Source of the DNA: Fimbriosthenelais zetlandica
Lineage: Eukaryota
Direction of reading: 5' to 3'
Length of the DNA: 64,000 nt
NCBI GenBank assembly: GCA_977030845.1
Contig: OZ365109.1
Span: forward strand, 57,660,001-57,724,000
Position numbers and translations under genes: made by a program. Shown piece after piece: positions 1 through 13,300 of the stretch. The notes below the pieces were generated by a model that saw only the letters and a list, made by a program, of their open reading frames with translations, searched no databases and was not told the DNA's origin. Every line of letters starts with the position of its first letter. Position 1 is the first letter of the stretch.

Positions 1-1516
1 TATCGTGATTTTTAGCTATATTGACAGGAATATTACTTTCAAGCACAACAAATATTAAACAATACAAAGTTTCCTTGGCCATACCTTTTTTATGGATCCC
101 GATTCTATCATTTGATATAAAGCAGGCCACTCAGAAAACTCCACATCCATCTTCATGTAATCTATAGTTCTCTGTAGAATAAACAATAAAATAGTAATAA
201 TTCCTCTTGAAATGTTAACGGAAGATAGCGAGGATTAAGACGGACTGGAAAAAATATTATTTTCTTCGAAGTTAATAATCCGGAAGAAAGGATTTTATGC
301 GGATTTTTATTTATAGTAAAACTTGTTGTACCGTTTCATGTTTGAGCATTTTAATGATGGTAGTTAGGGTCCTCATCTTCCATGTGTTGCTCACAGCATA
401 GCTGTCTACATTGTCAATACCAATGTTATAGAAATGACCTTTCTCCGAGTACTGATGTGAGGCGACATCCATACTGGAAATAAATTGTATTAGACTATAA
501 TTAGATTTGCGGAATTTTATGTAACCAGATCTTAGAACAATCATATTACATTTACAAAAGTTTGTTCAAAATTCCAAGCTGTTTTAAAAGTGAAAGCACT
601 TACCTCGGATCAAAGGCATGAACTTCACATCCTAATAATTCCTCAATTCCTTTTTCAAAACGAAAGTCATTTCCAACCCTGAAATGATTTGTTCAAGCCT
701 GATTCAATTGTGAACTTAAACATTTTAATACATGTATATTTTAAAAACAGACAATAGTCTAGCTACCGCACCTGGAGAAGACGTCTTGGAGAGAAAACCG
801 TTGTACGAAGAACTTACCCAAAGGAATACACAAGGCAGGGATTTTTAAAGCCGAAGCGCGGATCAAGGCAGACCTCCCAACCCCCATCCTCAGATGGTCC
901 TATATGTACCTGATCATAACACATCCTCTCAGTAGTTGTCATGTAACTAAATTGGAAAAGAAATGACAAAAATATTAAATGACAAATTATAGACGTAATG
1001 TCTATGCTTAAATAAAGCACAGATTTAAGCTAAGAGAGTTCAGAAGGGGATTCTCGTAAATAATATTACATAAAAGATGAACTTACTTAAAATAATAATC
1101 TTCAAGTGTGAAGGCGTCATTACCCATAGCTTCCAGATATGCTTTCCTCTCACTTTGTATAGGTTTTATTATCTGAAGAAAAAGAAAGAATACACATAAT
1201 TTCTGATTGATAAGATTACAGAAAATTGCATAATAATTTACAGGTACTGTAGGTCCTACATGTACATGTATATATGTTATTGTTCATGTCTCCAGTCCAG
1301 CTACCGTTCGCATATTCGTCAATCAAGAATATAATACTTGGGAATTGGGGTAGGGGTAGGGGGGGGGGGGTGGGCGTTGGAGTAGAGGCACAGGTCGGGC
1401 ATTAGCTTTCACACATGCAGCTGAGACCCTAGCTGCTGTGTCTATTGGATAATGATTGGGGGTGGGGGGTTTAGTGTGAAGCACCGGGGTAGGGGTACTC
1501 GTAGATGTTTTTTTTT

Positions 1517-1549
<33 letters not shown>

Positions 1550-2220
1550 GTTACGAATATTGGAGAGGGAGTCTGTAGTTTGGTTGGAATCTACTAGCCA
1601 ACCATTCCACTCCGATCTCTCAACCTTACCCACACTGTCCCCTCTATAGCTAACACCCCCTCCTCTCCACTACCCACTGGTCAGTCAAGATCACTGGTGT
1701 AGGGTTAAATCACTGCGGTCAAAATCAAGGAACGATCATTAACAGAGTGAAAGTGGCCAATAATCAAATTAAACGATCTTCGAGTAAAGTCATGATTATT
1801 ATAACCCCCCCCCCCCCCAAAAAAAAAAAAACAAAAAAAAAAACAAAACACTTTGCTACTTTCTTTTCCATTTGGTGTATGGGGAGCCTAAATTGGCGAC
1901 AAAAATAAAAATGGATCCTGCCCTTTGAGGTCTATCTGGAGCCCTGTTGTTAGAAAACTAAGAAATATATACGTATATACCGGTATACAATAGAAATATA
2001 TCATTACCATTTGGAGTTATATACTTACATCAGCAAGCCTGTTTTTACATCCCACTGCTGATGTAGCTCGCGGTTTCCTCGATCCCCAGATCCAGAGTGC
2101 AGCAAGTAGAGATAAGGTGAAGATAATGAGAGCTCGCTTCACTGATCTAACTCTCATGTACTGCCCAGCCAGCTCTAGTAGCTGGGGCAGGCTGGGCTCT
2201 GAACTGCCTCTAGTAGCCAT
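1..2220 (-). CDS. METTL24: Methyltransferase-like 24 / Methyltransf_22-family protein, multi-exon, 3' end runs off the window start
   Basis: Spliced minus-strand exons. 2220-2029 has an N-terminal hydrophobic anchor (ALIIFTLSLLAALWIW). About 1173-1087 reads IIKPIQSERKAYLEAMG; about 948-817 reads YMTTTERMCYDQVHIGPSEDGGWEVCLDPRFGFKNPCLVYSFG; about 680-604 reads NDFRFEKGIEELLGCEVHAFDP; about 176-87 reads RTIDYMKMDVEFSEWPAF. The motifs GGWxVC, VYSFG, CEVHAFDP and IDxxKMDxExSEW are characteristic of this family. Orthology to METTL24 itself is not proven because the family is expanded in invertebrates. Confidence 0.8.
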
Positions 2221-2723
2221 GACTTTCCTTCACATCCTCAATCTGTAAAGTAACATGATCATTCCAATAATATTCAATACATGTAATTAAATTAATCAGC
2301 CTTATCAGGCCTGCATCTGAGATTTATCTATTTATGAATAATCCATTAAATTATTTAATATATTAGTATATATTGCCCTTGGAGCAAAATGTTTGTTGAG
2401 ATGGTGAGAGTAATTAACCAGTCCCTGACATTCATGACTACCGGTATATCTTCAGGTATTTTAACTTGAACATCCATAAACAGTAGGCCTACTTAGGCTA
2501 CTAAATCCTACTACTAGTACCGGTACTACTAGGCATACCCACATTGGTTGATTCATGCATTATTCTTCAAGTCAAACAATGCTATTTCTTTTGCACTATT
2601 TCACGATATTTCTGAGATTTCCAGAGAGGCTCTCAGTGCAAGATAATCCAAAAAGGCTTTAGGAATAATCACTTAAAAGAATACAAGGTGACACATGATA
2701 ATAAATATACTAATTCATCTTAC

Positions 2724-2895
2724 CTGTCTGATCAAACTTCGCTCTACTAACTGGGTCAACCGGCTTAACTAGGTCATTCTCGCGGAATCTCGAGGATCCT
2801 ACCGAGATCCAATATGGCGGCCTCCATCGCGCTGGCAGTCTGATGATGTGGGAATTATAGAGTATTTTAGTTATTTCTGATTAAGAAAGTGTACT
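2724..2895. promoter_or_regulatory. Bidirectional promoter between the METTL24-like gene and SCYL3
   Basis: A minus-strand 5' UTR exon donor (cttac, 2719-2723) and the SCYL3 ATG (2896) flank a CpG-rich segment of under 200 bp. It contains a YY1-like aatatggcggc at 2811-2821 and no TATA box. Confidence 0.6.
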
Positions 2896-5800
2896 ATGGG
2901 CGCGGAATCTAGTTCTTATCAAGATCTTCAACTCGAGGAAGAGTTACCACTATCTGGTGATCGAGGGTGGAGCGTTCACGATGGGCAAACCAAAGATGGA
3001 ACACGAGTCTCCGTCTTCGTCCACAACAAATCTACGGTCGACTCAGAGCTATTACAAAATGCTGCTAAGGTTAGAATAAATCACTGTTTCTATTCCTATA
3101 AGAGTCACTTGAGATTAATAAAAAGGTATTTGGATGGTTTATCAGCATAATAATGGAGTGGGCGTATTAAAATATAATGTTGTCTTGTCCCAAATATAAG
3201 ACGAATCCAAGTAACAATTTGGGTGGGTGTGTCCTCGAATGACATGTCAAACTCGAATCAGGAAGATCCAAGTCAACCGGTTATCACGTTATAAATTTAT
3301 GCCCTAATTATTATAACCTACAAGGCTACATTCAATTTATATCTTGCAGCAGCTTAAAACACTCCGACATCCCTCGATCCTGAAGTTTTTAGCATTAAAG
3401 AAATCTTCATCTGGGCATCGATTGGTGACTGAGTCGGTGACACCTCTAGAAATCGTTCTTGAGAATTTGACTGCAGCAGAGGTAGCCAGTGGTCTCTACA
3501 ATGTTCTTGAAGCACTCATCTTTCTTCACGATAGGGTAAGTTCATTTTAGCTTTTGTTACAAAATTCCAGACGGTCAATATTTGTCTCTTACAAGGACCT
3601 TATAATTGTTGTTTACAGACTACTGTTCTTGCTCTGATATTAAAAACGAAAATTTTCTTTTTCAGTGTGGAATGTGTCACAATAATGTATGTGCCGCCTC
3701 TGTATATGTTGGAGAGGACGGGAGCTGGCGTCTCGGTGGTATGGAGTATGTGTGTAAATTTGAAGAGCTTTCTCCAGAATACCTCTCTAAGTACAGAGCC
3801 ATGAGGGACGAGGCATCACTACCGCCAGAGGAAAAGGTGAATGGCGTCTGCCACTTTTTAAAATATAGTAATACGGTACCGGTACCGAAATAGTACCAAA
3901 GATTTCATGCTTGTAATAGTCATTAATAAAGTTTAATAACTATGACAAGTCGACGTTTTTTCATCTTAAAATATCCGGTATCCCCATTAAATATGACAGA
4001 ATAATTGTCTAGGCTTTGACTCAAATGGATCACTTTTTTTTCTTTTTAAAGTCTGGGAAGCTAGAAACAGCATCTACATATTGTCACGCCAGGGACGCGT
4101 ATTCGTTTGGTGTCCTGGCCGAGCAACTGTTGGAGTCAATGACTGATTTAGGTAAGATACAATTTAAAAATTAACAAAATATGGTGTCCGGAAATGTGAA
4201 ATAATTTTTATATATTTCCCGAAGAGAGAAACCTAAACATTCATCCCTTTTTTCAGGTGATTTGACTAAAACATTTGAGTTAAGAATACAAGACGAACTC
4301 CTTCATCCAGATCCCAAGAATAGACCCAGGTTACAAACGCTTCTAGACGACCGGCTATTCAGGTAAAGATCTGAACAATGTTTTCATAAAAAAAAACTCA
4401 TTTACAGAGAAAACCAAATTCAACATACGTATAATTATTTCCTTTTATACCGTACTAAGATTGGTATTAGGAGAAAATATAGTAGACAACATGTAAATGA
4501 CCTACATGTATAACTAGTGTTTGGTTCTTTATAAAATCAAGCCTATTTCTTTCCAGTAATGGATTCTTAGAGGTCACTCATTTTCTACAACACATAACTC
4601 TGAAATCAGAAGTGGAGAAGAAAGATTTTTTCAGGTATGTAATAACAATAATATAATCTGTAATGTTATACCATCTGATGCCGAATATGTTAGGTATTTT
4701 TCTAGCATGTAATATACTTATGTACCGGTATATCTAATATGTATTCAGTATCTTAACTATAAGCATTATACACAGAGAGAAAAAAAGCCCAATTGTTAAT
4801 TTTTGTAAAAAGTAATGGACTAGTTTACTAATTTTACTTTTGAATTTGATTCTTTCAGTCTTCTAGTCGACAAACTCCATGAAATGCCGACAGACTTGGT
4901 GGGTTCGCGGCTAATAAAATTGTTGTTATCGCGGTTTGTACTCATGGAGCCTACAGCTGTGGAGTGCCTCATTCCACATCTACTCACTCCATATCAAGGT
5001 AGCTTCACTATTATTATATCCTATATTGTTTATAAAAGGTTTTTAGATTAGATTTTAAGTAAAATCATATGGAATTCACCCTTGCCTAATTAAAATTAAA
5101 TAATCCCCAAGTATATATTTACCATTAACAAATATCAGCTAGTTTCGATGGTTCATGCATGTGTGTCCACTATTGCACTATTCATTGATTACATTTTTAA
5201 AAGAAAAACTGCGAATTAAATATTTTAGTGTGACAAATTTACATTTTATATTTTTTTTTGTCCCGTTCACCTTACCAGGAAAAGTAAGGGAGGAATCCGG
5301 AGGGGAAGAAAACATCAAGCCTTTATTCTCCACCAGTGAATTCGCCAAGTATGTTATTCCTGAACTCTTCAAAATCTTCCATGTCCGTGATGCCCACATC
5401 CGCCTCGTCCTCCTCTCTCGCTTCCCATCTTATGCACGTCTCTTCAACAAGACGAATCTACAGGCGGTTATACTACCCCAGGTAACTACCTAATTAACTT
5501 ATAATTTATGGATTACTAAAATACCGGTGAATCATTTTACATGAAACGAATAGCTTTAATCCCTCGCTATTGAGTCAGAGGTCTGTAACAGTCGAATATT
5601 TAAATACAAAATTAAATCATAATATTGGTTATTTTGCAGTTACTGCTAGGTTTACGTGATCTGAATGATGAGTTAGTAGAGGCGAGTTTACGGTCCCTGG
5701 CCGAGCTGGTACCAATACTCGGAGGTGACGTGGTCATCAGTAGTCACCGAGCCAAAATATTCTCAGAAGGAAAACCAAAGGTATACATGTAACTGTAATT

Positions 5801-7962
5801 ATTACCGGTACTTGGTACAAAATTAAGCGCAGTGAATTTTATTTAAATTTACATCATAAGGTCTAGTTGCTGTATTTGAAATAATATTTCGGAATGGTTA
5901 CTGATACATCGTGATAGAATTATATGATGAATTCTCCATTTTGTATAGTTTGATAATGGTCGACCCATTGATGTGTCACGGAAGGAAACAAAACGATTCA
6001 ATCCAAGTCAAGGTTCACAGAAGCTTAATGTTACAGACAAGTGAGTAATAATTAAATGCCTGATGAGAAATACATACCGATACAAAGAATTTTCAAAATG
6101 CGAATTAATGGTGAAATACCTACATCTTTGAATGCACAAGTTATGTTCCGAATCTTTTTTTACCAGAACCAAAGAAAGAAAAACCCTTAAAGAATTGGCT
6201 CAAGACCAAGACCGAGAGAATCGCCGAGCAGAAGCGGCTCAAAGGAATGAGGAACGTAGGAAAAAACGAGAGGAACGAGCTAAACAACTAGAGGCTAAAA
6301 CTAAAGGTCGGTTCGCCCAGAATGTTCTCTATAGAACTGATTGAATATAAATCTTAGCAAGTCCAGTTTAATGTCGTTCTGTGACTTCGCCCTCAAAATA
6401 TATGTGGATTTTAAAAATAATCCAGAGCATTATTTCTCTTGAAGTATTGAGATAATCTGGAATTATTTACCCAAGACATAAGCCATTTTCATGCAATGAT
6501 TTTATATGGTTATAATTCTTATACTTTCAGAAAGAAATAGGGAAAATATCAGTAGGAATTTAGTAAACGAAAAAATAGAAGTAGAAACAACGTTAATAAA
6601 TGAAGAAGAAGAAGAACAAGTGATGGAGCTGTCACCAAAGAGCAAGTCAAAAGATGGCTGGTCGGACTGGGGTCAAGGCAATGGAGATGTGGAAGAGAAG
6701 GGAGATAAGGAGCAAGAACTTAGTGAAGACGATGACATGGATTTTGATCAAGAAATAGAAGAGGAGTTAAAAGCAATGGGTTCTCCAAGTAAAGTGGAAA
6801 AATATATAGACCCTGGTCCCTCAGTCAGTGTAGACTGGTCTGATGCCACTCATGAAAACATTGAAGTTAAAACTGAATCTAGAACACGTGGTATGCTTAA
6901 GCTGATGAACAAATCAAAACTGTCCCCACCTCCTAAAGTGAAGTCATCCACCTTAGCGAAGAACGAGTGGGGAGACGCTGCGGACTGGGGCTTCCAAGAC
7001 GAGACCCATCACGCCACTGTCACACCCAGGAAAGCTGCCTCACCCAAGGTCAAAGCTCCAAGGTCACGTCAAGGTCAACATATTGACATTCAAGGTCAGC
7101 AGGATGGCTGGATCGATGACTGGGGGAATGTGGAATCAGTTGAGGAGGCCTCGCTCCTAAATGAATCAGGTCAGCAGCAAAAACAGAAATCGGAGAAAGA
7201 ACTAGGCGCTGAGTTTGACATTATGAGTATCAAGGTCAAACCAAACAATGAGAAAGGCAGCGATCCATTTGACTTTTTCTCCGATATGGAACCTGTCATC
7301 CCTGTGAAAAATCCATTAGCAGAGTTAATAGAGCGGTCTACTGAAGCAACAACCGGAGCTGTAGAAGCATCTGAAAGTAGGACTCAAAATAGTGACACAC
7401 AAAGCAGAAGTAAGGTGGAGGAAAGCGGGAAAAATAAAATATCTTTTGCTGTCATGGACACAAATGAGGTGAGTTTATAATTTCTTAATTGATAATTTTT
7501 GTTTCAGTGAGAAAATGTATACCAAGTAAGTTCATTTAGATTCTACAATAACATGGAAAGTGGGACAAAAATGAAATTAACGACTGAAAGCATGAAATAA
7601 GGAACAGAAAGAAAAGAGATAAAAATGGCTACTGTGATACTGCAAAAGAAGATTACCTATACGGCTATTATTTCTGCACAAAAAGAAAGTTGGATTGTCT
7701 ATACATGCTGCAATGATAAGAACCGTAGGCCCTACTGCTATTGACGATGCAGTAAGACAGATAGATTTCCTATGCATGCTGCACCATTGATAGATAGTTG
7801 ATACTGCAATTAATTATGAAGAACATAGCTATAGATTGTTTCTATGCTGCACTTATGCTGCAATAAAGCACGTGCTGACTTTTTCAGAGTGAAGGGGTGG
7901 TCGGATGGGGAGAGGATGACTGGGGAGATCCAGACGAACTGTTGGAAGAGGAGCTAACTTAA
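2896..7962 (+). CDS. SCYL3: SCY1-like pseudokinase 3 (PACE-1), about 13 coding exons
   Basis: N-terminal MGAESS myristoylation-type start. Pseudokinase exons read LKTLRHPSILKF and HNNVCAASVYVGEDGSWRLGGME. A HEAT-like region reads LFHVRDAHIRLVLL-type and QVILPQ.LLGLRDLNDELV..SL..LA.LVPILGG. A long acidic exon at 6530-7468 is followed by a last exon 7888-7962 (GWGEDDWGDPDELLEEELT*). GT-AG junctions are in frame. Confidence 0.93.
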
Positions 7963-9295
7963 CTCACCACAACCCCCATACCCTCAACTTCCCCGGCTTG
8001 AATAGAGTTGTTTATATTTTTATTGAATATTTAAAGTTGTAATTCTGTAAAATATCCTAGAATTATATTTGTTTTACTGTTAAACCGTATTTAAGAAATT
8101 AGACTTTAGTTTTGGGGGATGAAAAACATATTTAAAATAACAGTTATTAACTTACTTAAACTTGTTTTTACTATGTGCAATAGTGTGTCTAAATGAATTT
8201 TATCCTTCTCTCAAATGGGGTTTTCTCAGCAGCTTTAATGTTAAACTAAAATTAATGGTGGGCAGTTCTTTTGGTCAGGTAATTATGATCATAGAGTTAA
8301 CTAGGTGTGGCGTGCAGTAACTAAGATACCCAATACAACAGCATTATTTGGTATGGTTCGACTATCAATTTGAGCAGTTCCCCTTTACTCCAAAACATAA
8401 ATATTTACTGAAGCTTTGCGACCACAAATAAGACTTCTAGTCTTCTAGAAAATGTTAAATTCTTTTATCAATATAGACCCCGTTTCCCACAATATAGAAG
8501 TGCGTGGAAATTCCAATACATTTGTTACTTATTGTTACAAAGATGTTCATGTATACCTGGTGTAAAACCTGCATTCCATTTGTGTTGATATCTGTGGTAA
8601 CCATCTTTGTATATGTTTATCAATGTATGCATGGATCCATTAATTCAGAACGCAATTTGTCTAAACTGTAGACCTGTCCTATACAGTAATGGATAATATG
8701 CATGAAGAAATATTTCAAGAATTGGGCATTCTGTGTTGGTCGCAAGATAGAGACACCTGTTTTATGCTTCGTGAAGGTCGGTCCTGCTAATTTTTCTCCT
8801 CGATATTTAATCATTGTCCCTGTTAAAATATTTAATCAACCACTGCTAGCATTGGAAAACCTATGGTGTTTCACTTTTTTTACTGCAAAGGTATGTTTGG
8901 CATGGCATTGTAATTGAAAGCATGGTAACATAAATGATGGGAAAATATTTATTCAGAAGGGGTGAATGTCTTTGGTGGGATTAAATCCAGTGAATTGTTA
9001 TGCACTATTTTCCAATGGAGAACAAAGTTGTACATTTTATTCTGCGTGATGAAATGTGCACAGTCGCATTCATGCATTGTTCACACTTCTCTGTATTTTC
9101 AGTATTGTATCATTTCCACTGGCAATGTGGTATGCCAAAGACATGCTAAAAATAAAATGAACTAAATCACTGATGGTTTTTGTATTAAAACTGCTTTGAA
9201 CTTTGTTATATTCAAGTCATTCAGTATTCTTCACAGCATATAAAGGGAGAAATGAAATAAAATAATATTAATTGATAAAAATATTATATAATTAT

Positions 9296-9611
9296 GGGGA
9301 GGGGAGTTAGCTCAGTTGGTTAGAGTGCCAGCTCATACAGGGTGATTGACCAATGATCGAAGGGTCGGCGGTTCAATCCCCTGAGCTGTCCAAGGCATTT
9401 CCAGTGCCTCTCTCCTCAGGGTGTTGGTGTACATATGTTCTAGAGCACATGCACATAGAAATATCCATTGCACAGAAGGCAATGTAGTAATGCACTTAGA
9501 AAGAGCCCCCAGCTGAAAATCATACGAGAAACTTGAATCATCAAGAGTGTGAGCTGGTATCCACCCATAACAGGCTCTATAAAAATTCTAACTGAAAAAA
9601 AACAAAAAAAA
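9296..9611 (+). mobile_element. tRNA-derived SINE, apparently full-length copy
   Basis: Pol III A box tagctcagttgg (9308-9319), B box ggttcaatccc (9370-9380), a non-tRNA body, and an A-rich tail (9595-9611). A related decayed copy lies at 62382-62578. Confidence 0.75.
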
Positions 9612-10309
9612 CATGTTGAGTAACATTTTTTCTATCCAATGAATGCACCTGGTGATATAATACTGTAATTCTGTGGCTGACATTCCAGCATAATGACGTG
9701 AACCAGACAAAATTGTTAGGTCAACCTTGATGTTTTCACGTAACTTATCATCTCCCCATATGGCACTAATGATCCATATGAGTACCATATGACATGGTTG
9801 CATACGACATACTCTAATAATACAAAAACATTTTTCTCTTTCAGAAACCTATCTATTTTGTCTATAAGGCCTGTATTCATTTTTGTCCAAAATATGACCG
9901 AATTTGTTTTAAATCATGCAAAATTCACATATGAAGGTCCTGGTTTGATCTTTATTATTTCAATCTCAATCGGTGTCAATTCCATATGATCTCCTATTTG
10001 TAAGGACTGTTCAAATGGAGTTCACATTGAGTCCATTCCCTGCAGAAACAAATTCTGAAGTCCAATCTTGGTGATATCAAGATTTCCAATTCTAGTTTGA
10101 ATATTCAAGAAATGAGGCTCTTTATTCTGACGAACTATGAAGTCAGGGGCTGACAGTTTTAATTATGCAAATAATGGTATTCTGCTTAGCCAGTTAGATC
10201 CAAATGACCGACGATGCTTGACCGTTCCAGCTGTGTTTTACATGATTAAAATCAATATGGGTTGAATGCATTTTATCCGAAATGACCACCTGATGGGTGT
10301 AGGTGTGGC

Positions 10310-10317
10310 TATATAAG
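10310..10317 (+). promoter_or_regulatory. TATA box of giant secreted gene A
   Basis: tatataag about 60 nt upstream of the ATG at 10374. The paralogue has an equivalent TATA box. Confidence 0.6.
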
Positions 10318-10373
10318 GAGCCTTGGAGCCCTACAGCCACTGGCAATTGGGCTCATCGTCTCCACACTACAAG

Positions 10374-13300
10374 ATGAGGGGGCTTCTGTTTGTTTCACTT
10401 GTCCTAGGCTCAGTGGCCTCAGCTTCGACAGTAAGTTGACTTTTTATTTATTCTAATTCAACTTATGTGTTCATAAGTAATTGTTCATCTAAAATAGGGG
10501 GCTTACAATTCATTCTCAGATATGTCCATATTTTATTTTGCAGCAGGAATCCAATGTAAATGTTTCCCGAGCGACCAGTAAGTAGTCCATGTATATATAT
10601 TGAGATGTAATAATGCTTTTGGCAAATACAATTTTTAATTTTTAAAAATTATTTTCCTATTCTAGTCCAGGGAGGCTGTTTTCCCCATGTTTATTTGGAG
10701 CAGCTGAACTCACAGCCTGATAAACATATCAGGATATTTAAGGACTACAGATTTGGTTGTCCTGGTGAGATCTCCGCCTGGAGGTACTATGCTGGTAAGA
10801 TTGGAACCTTCATGGCTGGTGTCTGGAGGCAGCAGGATGATGGTCAGGTCGAGCTCATAGGAAAAAATGTCATCGAAGTCAAAGTACCTGGACTCCAAAC
10901 ATACATGGTACCAGGACATCTACGATTCAGGTGAGGTTTTTCTTTAATTGATTGTCTGATTCATTTATTCATTCATTCATTCATTCATTCAACTTTCCAA
11001 TTACACATTCATTCATTCGTCCGGTCATGTCAATGTCGTTCAGGGTTGGACATTATACAGAGGCCATCTAAAATCTATTCACTATTCACGATTCACTCAT
11101 TCATTCGTTCGTTCCTTCGAACGTTCGTTACTTCGATCGTTCATTCATTCATTCATTCACTCATCCATTTGCATAATATTTATTCATTTGTACGATTGTT
11201 CATGGCAATGTCTAAAAGTCTCACTCTGGACATCACATAGGCTTATTTATCATCTATTCACCTCATTAAATCCATCCGTTGAAAGACGCACAGTTCATTT
11301 ATTCTTTCATCCTCCCATTCGTTTCATCATAGACGCTTGTTATACGTCTATGGTTTCATTACGGTATCCATATTTTCATTTTCTGGCAGCAATTTATTCT
11401 CTTGCTGTTGATGGTATTTTAGAAAAGCTCCACTTGCAAGATTCATACGGCAATGATCCCTGGTGGATACTTCATTAGAATACCAGCTCATTAGAGGTAC
11501 CCACTAGATATTCATGAATTGCAATTCTTGCAAAATTGTATAGGCTACACATGTGCTCCAATGTCTCTCCAATGTCACCTATATGGAGTCGGGGGCAGGT
11601 ACACATTTTGTCAACGAAGAGCCCAATTGCTAGCATTTTGACTTCTTATTCTTTCATTATCTGGCGGCAATTTATTTACTTGAGGTTGATGGTATAGTAG
11701 ACAATATTATCAAGCTCCAATTGTACCTGCTTTTGAATCATTGTATTCTATACATCTAACTAATATACCTTCTTTTAATCTAGAGCCCGTGCTGGAGATA
11801 TGATCAGCATCCATTACTCGGACGAGGCCTCTGAAAGTGTGGTTATGTTAGATGATGATCGATACAATGTCAATGGTAGGACAGGTCTGACGGACACATA
11901 CTCTAGTCCAACCACTCTCTACGACTCTGATCTACCAGTGGGAACCAGGGCCCACATCTTTGATGTCAAGCCTGCTGGACCAGAAGATGTATATAACTTT
12001 GAGAAACTCTCCCATCGTACAATGCCTGCCCTCCAGCCTATCTACAACAAAAGTCTGTTGGCTAACTATGTTTACTTTTTAATTTATAAAATGTTATTTT
12101 TATTTAATAGCTCTTGGAGGATTTTCGTTAAGATGCACATCAATGATATTGCTTATATTTCCTCATGCAAAAATTGGGTGCCTGTGGCAGTGTGGGGCTA
12201 CACGTGGTTGTCATATGTTCCGTTAAAAATGTTTTGATTTTCTAAATGTAAACTGTCGATATTTTCGCCCCCAGTGTCTGTGAGATTGGATGGTGGACTG
12301 AGTGAGAACGAAGGACGTGCCATGTTTGAAGCTAATGGAGTCTGGGGAACAATTTGTGACAGTAACCCACATAATGCCAACTGGCCAGCTATCTTCTGTG
12401 CTCAACTGGGATATGATCATGTGGAATCAATTGATGTGAGTCCAAATTCTTCTTCTATTCTTAACTTGTGCGTTCCATATAATTACTGGAAAGCCTATAT
12501 TTATCAATTTTCTATTTTGAGACAGTGAATATTATTTTTAAATAATTACCCAATCTATAGTTTTTCTCACATTTGGAAACTGTTGAATTTTATAATAATC
12601 TAATTCTTCAGACTTCCCATGTGAAGGACGGGAAGGGGCCAGTCACTTTCCAGAATCCAGATTGTGCTGGGAGTCAGTTTATGGATTTATGTGCTGCATC
12701 TGGCTCCTGTAACCATGATAATGACGTTTATCTCAAATGTTCCCGTGAGTAAATAATGTCTAACATGTTAGGTTGTTTGATAAAATGAAACAAATCTCAA
12801 TTAATGACAATAATATTTTAATGGTATTATATTAAGTTGTGTCTGTTTAAAGATGCTGTGAGGCTGGAAGCGGGTGTGAATGGAGCTGAGGGTAGAGCCA
12901 TGTTCTATAACGACCAACAGTGGGGAACTGTGTGTGCTCAACACAATAAGAAACAAGGCTTCGCTTCTGTTTTCTGTCATGAATTAGGCTACGATCACGC
13001 TGTCAAAGTATCCAAGGTTTGCCATCAATTATTCTGGTATTTGCCACTTTATTAATGTATTTTCAAGTTTTTTTTCAGATTATATACTAGCTAGGAAATA
13101 AAAAAAGACTGGTTCATTCTGCAGGAATAATTAGAAAATAATTAGGCCTACATTTGCACCAAAATTGTGAACGATCTTGCCGATCCTGGCCCTCCCCTCT
13201 ATTCCTATATCCTGGATACCACATCTGTTTCCTAAAATATTCGAAAGAATTTATGACTTATTTGACCGGTAGTTCTAATATGTAGGCCAAGGATGAATAT

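Noticed and set aside
1340-1850. Long G/C and A/T homopolymer runs, possible G-quadruplex, and ORFs 1442-1649
   Set aside because: These are simple low-complexity intronic tracts. The ORFs merely translate the homopolymers.
9296-9385. tRNA gene
   Set aside because: A and B boxes are present, but I see no acceptor stem or cloverleaf. It continues into a SINE-like body and A tail and has a decayed second copy.
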